A stretch of DNA of 63,227 nt, filler included. It is 7 parts of 7 records of this genome, joined end to end, with 100 filler letters (N's around TTAATTAATTAA, not from the genome) between each part and the next. Parts side by side here need not be neighbours in the genome. Positions count along the whole stretch, not along the records: positions 10,591 to 34,296 come from SRR31156797_7807; positions 34,397 to 43,872 come from SRR31156797_7812; 5 more parts are not named here. One strand, written 5' to 3'. Made by a program: the position numbers and the translations under genes. Positions 30,701 through 41,039 of the stretch are shown here, piece by piece (within the stretch, counting starts at the first letter, position 1; the number at the start of each line of letters is the position of its first letter). The notes beneath the pieces were generated by a model, which saw only the letters and a program-made list of their open reading frames with translations, was not told where the DNA came from and made no database searches.

Positions 30701-30854
30701 GGCCAGGCAAACCCTGCAGAGTATCATCGATAATTATCCCGGCGAGGATTTAAAAGCTGTTGCTGCAGAAAAACTTGCGGAAATCGAACGAACTGAAGCT
30801 GCCAAGGAACCACCGGTTCAGGATACGACCGGAGAAAACAACAATCGCCAATAA
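27780..30854 (+). CDS. Large exported tetratricopeptide-repeat protein (BamD/CpoB-like repeats)
   Basis: Signal peptide, then TPR-like repeats throughout with recurring YP.S motifs; start moved to MNIKPL. Confidence 0.85.
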   Translation: MNIKPLVTILVIFTLMFPMFSSAQQTRIYDDPEASYNLGLDLVEKKQFGAAQDIFHELLDDLPAGESVMRLDAQYFDALCDYKLDHPEAGQKFKNFIRFYPDHSKTNEAHLYLGFIEYENRRYRDAIEEFTKVDPYLLTPEQMSEYLYKMGYSHMQREEYDKAKEVLFPILNAESDYKDAANYYYAHIAYIEQDYDEALKYFNQLDKQSEFGQEIPFYVLQINYTKRNYDEIVSIGPGVIDNDISDKKKKAEASRIVAQAFYVKEDYNKALNYFEVYKENVRQSFTREEYYQLAYAYYKTRDYENAISQFQKVTRIQDEMAQNAFYHLADCYLETGEKKFAQNAFYSAYQIEGNEKIREDALFNYAKLTYEIAYDPFNSSIQALTQYISDYPGSDRIDEAYMYLTNIFLSTKDYQTAIDAIERIRVKNRDLKSAYQRITYQRAIQLFNAVKYQDALLNFNKSLANNYDSEITARTRYWTGETHFRLGNYTKAIDYYDDFMVSPGAYEMDIYPMTKYNMGYAYFKLKYYDNAVLTFEQFVKRPMKNREDFVTDARLRMGDCYFITQNYEEAVVEYERAIDRESPDKDYAYFQKALSEGALGNNTEKISTLKMITREYPSSNYTDDAYYEIAESYLLLNDNKNALSWYDNLMNAFPKSSYVIKALQKSGLIHYNNNNYNAALSILKKIVNDYPGTPEANEALSTIRNIYIDKNAVGEYYAYAETVPFANVTVSEQDSITYLAAEMIYMNNNCPGAVNAFGGYKEQFPNGAFILNASYYKAECDYKLGNTEDALVGYNFVLDYPKSRFTENALVRAGELNLLFENYAAALENFTRLEEAADYQNNITVAVNGQLICNYHLGNYQEAIQVSERLLAMNKLNNEQLLNAHYITAKSALAIDNLEVATREFETTNELSDGEKGAEAKYMLTSIQFKLENYQKAEEMVFELVNEYPAFEYWKAKAFIMLADIYAANDNTFQARQTLQSIIDNYPGEDLKAVAAEKLAEIERTEAAKEPPVQDTTGENNNRQ

Positions 30855-30873
30855 CTCATTCCTGAACCTGTAA

Positions 30874-32604
30874 ATGAAAACGACAATGCAATTTCGGACA
30901 AATCAACATATGAAGGAATTCAAAAATTTTGTTGCTGTATCTAGCCTGATATTGATCTTATTGGTTTCAGGGACGATGCTAAATGCGCAAAACCAGGAAG
31001 TAACTATTGTAGCACCATACAAGCCGGTGATTTCTGATGCGTTTAAAAAATCACTCAACCCGGTGCTTGCCGATACCGTGATTGAAGCGCCGCCTGTAAC
31101 ATACGGTATTTCCAGTGAGCCCATCTACACAACCTATGAAATCTCAGCCATTAAGCCGTCGCTGATTGATGTGGAAACCGAGGAGGAAATGCGCCGGAAC
31201 TACCTGAAAGCGGGATTCGGAAATTATACCATGCCCTATGTTGAATTGTTTACAAACAGTTTGAGTTCCAAGGATTTCTCCATTGGATTTCATGCACGGC
31301 ACCTGTCATCAAAAGGTGAAATTGAGGATTATGGTACCAGCGCATTCAGTCAGAATGATGTTGGCCTGTCGGTCTCGAGATATTTAAAAAACAGCGTGGT
31401 TTCCGGGAAGGTTTATTACGATCGGGATGTGGTGCATTATTACGGATATATGCCTGCCGAATTCACCAACGATTCCATCAGTTATGATGATCTGAGACAG
31501 CGATTTTCGACCATAGGTGCAAATTTTAGTATTTTATCAAACAAGAAGCGGCAGAAAAACCTCAACTATATGGCAGGGCTAAACCTGTATCACTTGTCTG
31601 ATCTATATGAGACCAGCGAGTTTAAGGCTGGTTTGGAATCGAACCTGAACACCAAAAATGAGTTTTTCGATTTTGTGGATAAACAGGAACTGGGTGCGGA
31701 TGTAAATGTTGATTTTTACAGTAACAGCGACAGCCTCATAAGCGAGAGCACCATCGTGGCAGGGCTAAAACCATACCTGCGCCTTAACTTCGAATTTCTT
31801 GATCTTACCCTGGGAGTTAGGGGAGTGCTGGCGTCCGATTCGGCAAGCGATTTTTATGTTTACCCGGATATCCGGGCTTCATACCAGGTTATTCCCGGTT
31901 TCCTGAGATTTTATGCAACTGTATCAGGGGGGCTTGATCGTAACAGCTACCGGTCAGTGAGCAATGAAAATCCATGGGTTAATCCGTTATTTCCACTTGG
32001 ATTTACAAGCACAAAATATGATTTCAAAGGCGGTGTAACAGGAAAGGTGAATGCAACCATCGATTATAATTTTAGTGTTTCCTATGCTGAAATCGAAAAC
32101 CTGCTACTTTTCAACAATGATTTCTTTTCGCCATATAGCCCAACCATCAGTCAAAATTTTGGAAACAAGTTTACCGGAATTTACGATGACGCAAAAGTTA
32201 CTACGGTTTCGGTTGAAATGGGATATCAGCAAACCCGGTTTTTCAACCTGCTATTCAGGGCCGATTATCACGACTACCAGATGGCTACCCAGGCAAAACC
32301 CTGGCACAGGCCAACTGTTGAAGCTGCTGTTTCAGCAAGGTACCACCTGACGGACAAAATTTCATTTTCCGGTGATTTATTCTTCAGGAGCAAAACATAC
32401 ACACAGATTGTTGAGGGCAGCAGTTTAAAGGTTGAAGAGATAAAAGCTTACGTAGATTTAAACCTGGGAGCATCCTACCGGATAAACGACCGGGTATCAG
32501 CATTTGTTAATGTAAACAATGTTTTAGGTACGCGATATTTCCGGTGGTATAATTATCCTTCGCAACGCATAAATGTTATGGGTGGTTTCACCTTTTCATT
32601 TTAA
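30874..32604 (+). CDS. Outer-membrane beta-barrel, TonB-dependent-receptor-like
   Basis: Signal peptide; amphipathic strands; C-terminal DLNLGASY...NNVLG..Y...GGFTFSF. Confidence 0.75.
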   Translation: MKTTMQFRTNQHMKEFKNFVAVSSLILILLVSGTMLNAQNQEVTIVAPYKPVISDAFKKSLNPVLADTVIEAPPVTYGISSEPIYTTYEISAIKPSLIDVETEEEMRRNYLKAGFGNYTMPYVELFTNSLSSKDFSIGFHARHLSSKGEIEDYGTSAFSQNDVGLSVSRYLKNSVVSGKVYYDRDVVHYYGYMPAEFTNDSISYDDLRQRFSTIGANFSILSNKKRQKNLNYMAGLNLYHLSDLYETSEFKAGLESNLNTKNEFFDFVDKQELGADVNVDFYSNSDSLISESTIVAGLKPYLRLNFEFLDLTLGVRGVLASDSASDFYVYPDIRASYQVIPGFLRFYATVSGGLDRNSYRSVSNENPWVNPLFPLGFTSTKYDFKGGVTGKVNATIDYNFSVSYAEIENLLLFNNDFFSPYSPTISQNFGNKFTGIYDDAKVTTVSVEMGYQQTRFFNLLFRADYHDYQMATQAKPWHRPTVEAAVSARYHLTDKISFSGDLFFRSKTYTQIVEGSSLKVEEIKAYVDLNLGASYRINDRVSAFVNVNNVLGTRYFRWYNYPSQRINVMGGFTFSF

Positions 32605-32760
32605 CAATCACACATCCTTTCCACGAAATCCTTACAAAAAATCTTCGGTTTCAGTCTGAAAATCCGATGGTTTTAAACCCGATTTAATTTTTAACAGAAA
32701 TTGTTAATAAATAGGTCTCTCCGGGCGATGTAAAATGGTGAATATTAGAAAGATATTTGC

Positions 32761-32768
32761 TATTTTTG
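32761..32768 (+). promoter_or_regulatory. Bacteroidota -7 promoter element for gyrB
   Basis: TATTTTTG(CA), 37 nt upstream of the ATG. Confidence 0.55.
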
Positions 32769-32783
32769 CAGTTGAAATTTTGA

Positions 32784-34296
<1,513 letters not shown>

Positions 34297-34396
34297 NNNN
34301 NNNNNNNNNNNNNNNNNNNNNNNNNNNNNNNNNNNNNNNNTTAATTAATTAANNNNNNNNNNNNNNNNNNNNNNNNNNNNNNNNNNNNNNNNNNNN
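34297..34396. other. Artificial contig spacer
   Basis: N-run with TTAATTAATTAA. Confidence 0.98.
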
Positions 34397-34397
34397 T

Positions 34398-35252
34398 GCC
34401 AGCGGAAAAGGAGGAACAGGAAAAACTACTGTTTCTATTAATTTATATCACTTTCTCGCTAAGTATTTTAATAAATCGGTACAATTAGTCGATTGCGATG
34501 TTGAAGAGCCAAACGATGCGCTTTTTTTTCAAAAAAGTACAAAGAAAAAAATAAAACAGGTTTTTCAGGTTATTCCTGAAATTAACACTGAACAATGTAC
34601 TTTCTGCAAAAAGTGTTCAGATTGGTGTGAGTTTAATGCCATATCGGTTATAAAAACAATGCAATTTGCAGAAATTAATCCCGACCTGTGCCATTCGTGC
34701 GGAGCTTGTTTATCGGCATGTAATTTTGAAGCAATAACCGAAACCAAACAAACTCTGGGAACAATATCAAAAATCGATTCAGGGGATGGAAACAGCATTT
34801 TGGAAGGAAGATTAAAAATTGGTTCTTCAATGCAAACAATGCTAATTAAAGAAGTAAAAAAAGAATCGGGTGGAAAAGCGGATATATCCATTTACGACGC
34901 ACCTCCCGGTACAAGCTGTCCGGTAGTAGAAACTGTTGCCGATGCAGATTACATTATCATGGTTACCGAACCTACACCTTTTGGATTGTATGATTTAAAA
35001 ATAACGCTGGAAGTCTTAATTCAACTCGGAAAACCTTTTGGAGTCGTTGTTAATAAAGCCAATTTGGGAAACCGCGATGTTTATACATTTTTAAATGAAA
35101 ATAATATTGAATTATTAGGCGAAATACCTTTCTCTAAAGAATATGCTGAAAATTATGCCAATGGAAACATTCTGGAAAATATTCCTTTTGAAATAGAAAA
35201 TACTTACCGGAATATTATTGAAAAGCTTGAACTTAAACTAATAATTCTATGA
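34398..35252 (+). CDS. MinD-superfamily P-loop ATPase with inserted 2[4Fe-4S] ferredoxin; 5' truncated
   Basis: Frame opens at the contig edge: ASGKGGTGKTT...DCDVEEPN...CTFCKKCSDWC...CHSCGACLSAC...DAPPGTSCP...EPTPFG. Confidence 0.9.
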   Translation, partial: ASGKGGTGKTTVSINLYHFLAKYFNKSVQLVDCDVEEPNDALFFQKSTKKKIKQVFQVIPEINTEQCTFCKKCSDWCEFNAISVIKTMQFAEINPDLCHSCGACLSACNFEAITETKQTLGTISKIDSGDGNSILEGRLKIGSSMQTMLIKEVKKESGGKADISIYDAPPGTSCPVVETVADADYIIMVTEPTPFGLYDLKITLEVLIQLGKPFGVVVNKANLGNRDVYTFLNENNIELLGEIPFSKEYAENYANGNILENIPFEIENTYRNIIEKLELKLIIL

Positions 35253-36118
35253 AAGAGATTACAGTTTTAAGCGGAAAAGGAGGAGCTGGCAAAACAAGTA
35301 TAACAGCAGCTTTAGCATCGGTGGCAAAAAATGCAGTTTTCTGCGATAACGATGTAGATGCTGCAGATTTGCATCTAATATTTCATCCCGAAATAAAAGA
35401 AAAATACACTTTTAACAGTGGTAATATTGCTGTTATAAATTCCGAAAAGTGTATTAATTGTGGAATATGCGAAAGTAAGTGCAGGTTCCAAGCTATTCAT
35501 TTTAATAAAAATAATAAACTGGAAATCAATCCCTTCCAGTGCGAGGGATGCCGGCTGTGCGAACGAACCTGTCCGGAAAGTGCCATTTCAATAAAAGAAA
35601 ATAATAACAATTTGTGGTTTGTTTCAGAATCGCGTTTTGGAACTTTTGTACATGCACAAATGGGACCTGGCGAAGAGAATTCGGGAAAATTAGTTACCAA
35701 AGTTCGAAACAAGACCAAAGAAATTGCGCGAAATACCTGCTGTGAATTTATTATTAACGATGGCCCGCCCGGAATCGGATGTGCTGCCATTTCTTCGGTT
35801 ACAGGAACCGATTTGGTGCTACTGGTTATTGAACCCACCCTGTCGGGATTACACGATGCAAAAAGGCTGGTTAAGCTGGTAAACTCATTTAATATTCCGG
35901 TTCTTGCCATAATAAATAAATACAACCTGAACCAAAACATGGTTCAAAATGTTGAAGAGTTTTTAGATAAAAATAGAATTGAACTTATCGGGAAAATAGA
36001 CTTTGCCAACGAAATGGTTGAATCGATGGTACAGGGAAAAACAATTGTGGAATATTTACCGGAGTCTGAAATTAGTCGGGAAATTCAATCTATCTGGGAA
36101 ACAATAAGTAAAAATTAA
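35249..36118 (+). CDS. Second MinD-superfamily ATPase with inserted ferredoxin
   Basis: SGKGGAGKT, DVDAADL, CINCGICESKC, CEGCRLCERTC, GEENSGKLV, DGPPGIGC. Confidence 0.9.
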   Translation: MKEITVLSGKGGAGKTSITAALASVAKNAVFCDNDVDAADLHLIFHPEIKEKYTFNSGNIAVINSEKCINCGICESKCRFQAIHFNKNNKLEINPFQCEGCRLCERTCPESAISIKENNNNLWFVSESRFGTFVHAQMGPGEENSGKLVTKVRNKTKEIARNTCCEFIINDGPPGIGCAAISSVTGTDLVLLVIEPTLSGLHDAKRLVKLVNSFNIPVLAIINKYNLNQNMVQNVEEFLDKNRIELIGKIDFANEMVESMVQGKTIVEYLPESEISREIQSIWETISKN

Positions 36119-36123
36119 ACATT

Positions 36124-36555
36124 ATGGCGCGAATTGTATTTGCTTTTGCTTTAAACAACGAAGGTATTTTTTCAAATAATTACTTTGGTGATGCTGATAA
36201 ATTTGCCATTTATGAATTCATAAAAGGAGAAATTAAATTCATTGAAGAAATTCCAAACGGAATAAAAAAGAGTCACAACAAGGACGATTTTGATTTGGAA
36301 GAAAGAAAAAATATCATTGTTTCATTACTAAAATCAAAATCAGTTTCGGTATTGGTTTCACGGCAATTCAGCCAACATTTGCGAAAAGTGAACGACGATT
36401 TTGTCCCGGTGTTAATTCAAAAAGAAGAGCCCGAAAAAGTGCTTAATATTTTGAATAAAAATATTCGATGGATAAAAGATGAGTTAAAAAATAAAAAATC
36501 GAACCACAGCCTGTTTCAAATTAAAACCGGAGTTCTAAAAACTACCGTTGGTTAG
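36124..36555 (+). CDS. NifX/NifB-like (dinitrogenase Fe-Mo cofactor-binding fold) protein
   Basis: FG.A.KF.IYE pattern; location after paired ferredoxin-ATPases. Confidence 0.65.
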   Translation: MARIVFAFALNNEGIFSNNYFGDADKFAIYEFIKGEIKFIEEIPNGIKKSHNKDDFDLEERKNIIVSLLKSKSVSVLVSRQFSQHLRKVNDDFVPVLIQKEEPEKVLNILNKNIRWIKDELKNKKSNHSLFQIKTGVLKTTVG

Positions 36556-36598
36556 CCAATCAACAAAATATTCCTAAATTTCAGGTTGAAAAAAATAA

Positions 36599-37819
36599 AT
36601 GGTTTTAAGCAAAAAAATATCGAACCACAATTTTAAGGCGTTTTTGTGGCACGCCACATTTTTGGCTTTTGCCAAAAATTTTATGGATGTTGACACCATC
36701 ATTCCGGCTATGCTTGTAGAAGCAGGTGGCGGTGCAATGCACATTGGAATAATGACCGCAATTATGCTGGGTGGCTCAAGTTTTACGCAGCTGTTTTTTG
36801 CACCCTATTTAAGCAACAAAACCTACAAAAGAAAATTTCTTCTTTTTGGTATAAACACCCGGATTTTTGCTCTCATTGGATTAGGCGTGTTGTTATTTTT
36901 ACTTCAGGGCGAAAAAGCAGGCTTTGTGCTTTGGCTGGCTTTTCTTTTTATCACACTTTTCTCGCTGGCAGGAGCCTTTGCAAACATTAGCTATACCGAT
37001 ATTTTGGGCAAATCTGTAAATCAGGATAAACGAAAAACATTTTTTTCATCCATTCAGATTATTTCCGGTATAATTGTTTTAGCCGCGGCTTTTTTAGTAA
37101 AAAAAGTATTAATATGGAAAGCATTCCCGGTTAATTATGCCATGATGTTTTTTATTGGTGGTGCACTTCTACTAATCGCTTCGGGTGGATTTTGGATGAT
37201 AAAAGAAGTGGTTCCGTCGTCGCTAAAGATTTCGGGATTTAAAGCATTCTTTCAAATACTTAAAACTGAAATCAGACAAAACCGAAAACTGGGTTATTTC
37301 CTGGGGTTTATTAATACACAGGGAATTGCCATCTCCTTTTTACCTTTTGTTATTTTATATGCCAAACAAACTTTTCAAACACAAAGCAACGACACCGGAA
37401 TTTTTCTGATTTATAAAGTTATCGGAATTGTGTTTGTCAGTGTTTTAGTATTACTGGGAGCAAGAAAATTGAAATATAATGTTTTGTTATACAGCAATGT
37501 AATCCTATCACTTTTATTAGCTTCCATGGCGCTTTTTATTCAAGATGCTTCTTCCTTAAAATACATTTTTATTGTAGGAGGTGTTGTTTATTCTCTTTTT
37601 ACAATGAGCATGAATGGACTATTGCTGGAAGTTTCGGGCAATGAAAACCGCGCTTTATATACAGGTTTTGCAGGGGCCGGAAATATTCTCCCTGCTGTTT
37701 TTCCGCTAATTGGAGGATCTATTATTACCCAATTTGGATTCCATGCTTTTTTTATTCTTTTTATGGTAATAATTGCAATGGCTGCTTTTTTTATTTTTAA
37801 AATAGACTGCAAGAAATGA
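36599..37819 (+). CDS. MFS transporter
   Basis: About 12 hydrophobic helices; operonic. Confidence 0.8.
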   Translation: MVLSKKISNHNFKAFLWHATFLAFAKNFMDVDTIIPAMLVEAGGGAMHIGIMTAIMLGGSSFTQLFFAPYLSNKTYKRKFLLFGINTRIFALIGLGVLLFLLQGEKAGFVLWLAFLFITLFSLAGAFANISYTDILGKSVNQDKRKTFFSSIQIISGIIVLAAAFLVKKVLIWKAFPVNYAMMFFIGGALLLIASGGFWMIKEVVPSSLKISGFKAFFQILKTEIRQNRKLGYFLGFINTQGIAISFLPFVILYAKQTFQTQSNDTGIFLIYKVIGIVFVSVLVLLGARKLKYNVLLYSNVILSLLLASMALFIQDASSLKYIFIVGGVVYSLFTMSMNGLLLEVSGNENRALYTGFAGAGNILPAVFPLIGGSIITQFGFHAFFILFMVIIAMAAFFIFKIDCKK

Positions 37820-38598
37820 AACTTCATATTTTAACCGAAAATACAGCTGGCAGCCATTTTATGGCAGAACACGGGCTGTCGTACCTTGTAGAAACAGATA
37901 ATGAAAAAATTCTTTTCGACACCGGCCATTCCGATGTTTATATTAAAAATGCCAAATTACTTGGGATTGATATTCATACTGAAGTTGAAAAAGTGGTTCT
38001 TAGTCACGGACACTGGGATCATGGTAATGGACTAAAATTCATAAAAGATAAAACTCTTTTTACACATCCGTCATCGTTTATAAAACGTTTTCGTAAATCA
38101 GACAAATCACCTGTTGGTATAAAGCTTCAGAAAAATGAAATTCAAAGCAATTTCAATTTAAATGAAACATCAAACGCGCTAAGAATTACAGAAAACCTGT
38201 GGTTTTTAGGCGAAATTCCGAGAGATAATAATTTTGAATCGCAAACAACTTCATTCATTGATGAAGAAGGCAATAACGATTTTATTCCAGACGATTCTGC
38301 GTTAGTGGCAATTATAAATAAAGAATTAGTAATTGTTACAGGCTGTTCGCATTCCGGTATTTGTAATATTTGCGAATATGCCAGAAAAGTAACAGGATTG
38401 TCAAAAATTAATATGGTAATTGGTGGTTTTCATTTAAAGCACAATAACCTGCAAACACAAAAAACCATTGAATATTTTAAAACAAATAAGGTAAAAAGAA
38501 TTTATCCGTCGCATTGCACGGCACTGCCGGCAATGGCTGCTTTTTATGCCGAATTTAAAATTCAGCAATTAAAAACCGGAATGATACTGGAAATATAG
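37816..38598 (+). CDS. MBL-fold metallo-hydrolase (COG1237-like)
   Basis: AEHGLS, LFDTG, LSHGHWDHGNG, TGCSHSG, GGFHL, PSHCT. Confidence 0.88.
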   Translation: MKLHILTENTAGSHFMAEHGLSYLVETDNEKILFDTGHSDVYIKNAKLLGIDIHTEVEKVVLSHGHWDHGNGLKFIKDKTLFTHPSSFIKRFRKSDKSPVGIKLQKNEIQSNFNLNETSNALRITENLWFLGEIPRDNNFESQTTSFIDEEGNNDFIPDDSALVAIINKELVIVTGCSHSGICNICEYARKVTGLSKINMVIGGFHLKHNNLQTQKTIEYFKTNKVKRIYPSHCTALPAMAAFYAEFKIQQLKTGMILEI

Positions 38599-38602
38599 CC
38601 GT

Positions 38603-40027
38603 TTAATAAGCTTGCTGAAAAACAATTTCACTTAACCCGGCAACTTTATTATTTTTTTCATCGACATAAATTCTGATGGTAAGCTTTCTGTCGTTAACTT
38701 TTACGGCACGCTCATTTGTCCATTTATAATTTCCGGCATCGAGATTAAAAGTTGCTGCTTCCACGCCTTCAAACTCAACTTTTTGCCACGAAGATGTAAA
38801 CATATCTCCTACTTTCGCCCGAATTCGATACACACTATTTGGAACATTTATTTCGTACTCGAAATAGTTTTTTGGATTTACACACTCGGCCAGACTACCT
38901 AAAAACAGCATTTTATGCAGTCTTACATTTCCTTGTTCGCCTGCACAAACACAGTCAACCTTATCCGTTGTATTCCAAAATCCAAGCAACCACCCTTTTC
39001 CTAAATAATCTTCAAAAGCATGCACATTCGAACGATTTCCGTCAATTGTTTTTTTGGTTCCAAAACTAATTCTCCCTTTTGAGAAAATTTTGCTGAAACC
39101 AAAAAGCTGCTTGTAATATAACTGATACATCTGCGGGAAAAAATTAACCACATTGTGATACCGATTTTTATATTCAGGAACAGAATCGGATTTAACAACA
39201 GCAAACTGTAAAAAACCGTATGTTTTATCTCCCCAAATTGTTCCAATAAGTTCGCCCGGTGTTAATTCCTGTCCGGTTTTAACTTCAAGATTTTTAGCAT
39301 ATAAATGGTCGTAAACATAAAATATATCGGGTTGCGATTTGCTCTGAAGCAAAACAGTAGCTGTTTTTGCCTGTCCCAAATCGTTTGTTTCAATCCAGGC
39401 AACTGTACTTTCTTCAATGGCAAGAAGCCAGTGTTTTTCAAGTCCGCGTGCATCGTTTAAATCGAAATTTATACCTTCATGCGATCGATAATATTTTTTT
39501 TCTGAATTTTCATCGATTCCCATATAAGAAAACATGTAACCATCTACTTCTGCATTCCATTGAAAACCGTCGTTAAAATTTACGGGAAAAATATATTTAT
39601 TCAGGTCTATAACAGATTCCTCATTTCTGGAGATACAAACCAATACATCTTTTGTTAAAAGCCCATGAACCTCTTTATCACTGGTTATCGATTTTACATT
39701 TTTATTGTCGGCAACAAAAATTCTTAATCCGTTTATTGTTTGTGGTAAAGTTCGCCGGCTTACTTTTATCCACGAAGTATCATTTTTTATTTTAAACCGA
39801 TTATAATGGTTTTCAATGTTTAATAATTTTATTTCTGTACTGTCGAAATAAACAGTTTCACCAACATTCAGGTTATAATAACGGGCATTTCCCCAGGTAA
39901 AATCGGGCACACTATTTTCTTGTGAATTTCCCGTAAGAAAAAACATCAAAAAACACGATATGAACAAAAAAAGCTTCAAAGAATGAATTTGTTTAAATAA
40001 AAATCTCCGAGTACAAAAATGATGCAA
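38603..40027 (-). CDS. Exported protein with degenerate M23-peptidase-like domain and C-terminal beta-sandwich
   Basis: SHEGINF, YDHL, VKTGQELTPGELIG pattern; start uncertain. Confidence 0.5.
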   Translation of the reverse strand: MHHFCTRRFLFKQIHSLKLFLFISCFLMFFLTGNSQENSVPDFTWGNARYYNLNVGETVYFDSTEIKLLNIENHYNRFKIKNDTSWIKVSRRTLPQTINGLRIFVADNKNVKSITSDKEVHGLLTKDVLVCISRNEESVIDLNKYIFPVNFNDGFQWNAEVDGYMFSYMGIDENSEKKYYRSHEGINFDLNDARGLEKHWLLAIEESTVAWIETNDLGQAKTATVLLQSKSQPDIFYVYDHLYAKNLEVKTGQELTPGELIGTIWGDKTYGFLQFAVVKSDSVPEYKNRYHNVVNFFPQMYQLYYKQLFGFSKIFSKGRISFGTKKTIDGNRSNVHAFEDYLGKGWLLGFWNTTDKVDCVCAGEQGNVRLHKMLFLGSLAECVNPKNYFEYEINVPNSVYRIRAKVGDMFTSSWQKVEFEGVEAATFNLDAGNYKWTNERAVKVNDRKLTIRIYVDEKNNKVAGLSEIVFQQAY

Positions 40028-40042
40028 ATTATACTTTCTAAA

Positions 40043-40906
40043 TTAACGACGGAAAGCATCGGAGATAAATTTTAAACCATCGAATAAACCGGTTCGCCAG
40101 TAACCCCATTCATGTCCGCCATTCCTAACCCTGTATTCATGTGGAATTTCCAAATCGCGCATTTTTATATGTAGCGTTGAATTTCCTTTATACAAAAAAT
40201 CGTCATCGCCACAATCGATATAAAAGCGAATGGATTTTAACTTTTCCAAGTCTACACTTTCAACCAAATATAAAGGGCTATTTGCTTTCCAGTGTTCACC
40301 CAAATCGTTTTTCGTTTTTGGGCCGTAAATATTTCCGAAATAATTATCGTATTCGTCTCTTCCCAACATTTCTTCATCGGTAAAAGTTCCGGAACTCATT
40401 GCCACACAAGAAGAAAAAAGGTCGGGATTTCGCAAAGAGAGTTTTAATGCACCGTATCCTCCCATTGAGAGGCCGGCAATAGCACGAAATTCTTTTTTCG
40501 GGCGAATGCGATATTCTTTTTCAACAAATGGAATAAACTCTTTTATAAACATATCTTCCCATAAATCTTTTCCGTCGAAACTGTTGCTGTACCAGGCTAC
40601 TTTACCATCGGGCATTACAATAATACATGGTGAGAAATCACCGTTTTCAATACCGTTATCGGCAATAATATTTGCTTCGCCAAACTGAATCCAGCCGGTT
40701 TCATCGTCGGAATAACCATGTAAAAGATACACAACCGGATAATTTCTTTGAGATGTTTCGTAATCGGCCGGCAAATAAACTGAGAACTTTACCGGATAAT
40801 CAACCAGATTACTGTTAAATTCCAGCGATTCAATTACTTTCCCTTTTTGTGAAAATGCCGAAAATGCAACGATTGAAATACAAATAAAAACTACAATTTT
40901 TTTCAT
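40043..40906 (-). CDS. Exported alpha/beta-hydrolase esterase (CE1-like)
   Basis: YPVVYLLHG, AGLSMGG nucleophile elbow, DCGDDD, GGHEW. Confidence 0.88.
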   Translation of the reverse strand: MKKIVVFICISIVAFSAFSQKGKVIESLEFNSNLVDYPVKFSVYLPADYETSQRNYPVVYLLHGYSDDETGWIQFGEANIIADNGIENGDFSPCIIVMPDGKVAWYSNSFDGKDLWEDMFIKEFIPFVEKEYRIRPKKEFRAIAGLSMGGYGALKLSLRNPDLFSSCVAMSSGTFTDEEMLGRDEYDNYFGNIYGPKTKNDLGEHWKANSPLYLVESVDLEKLKSIRFYIDCGDDDFLYKGNSTLHIKMRDLEIPHEYRVRNGGHEWGYWRTGLFDGLKFISDAFRR

Positions 40907-41039
40907 GATTCAGGTCTATATTTATGTATTACAAAGCTATCAATATAAAAGTGAATAACATAATTCTATTACTGCAAGAATCAACCCTGTTAGTAATTTT
41001 TTATTCGTTATTTTCACACAACATCTCTTTAATCTGGTT

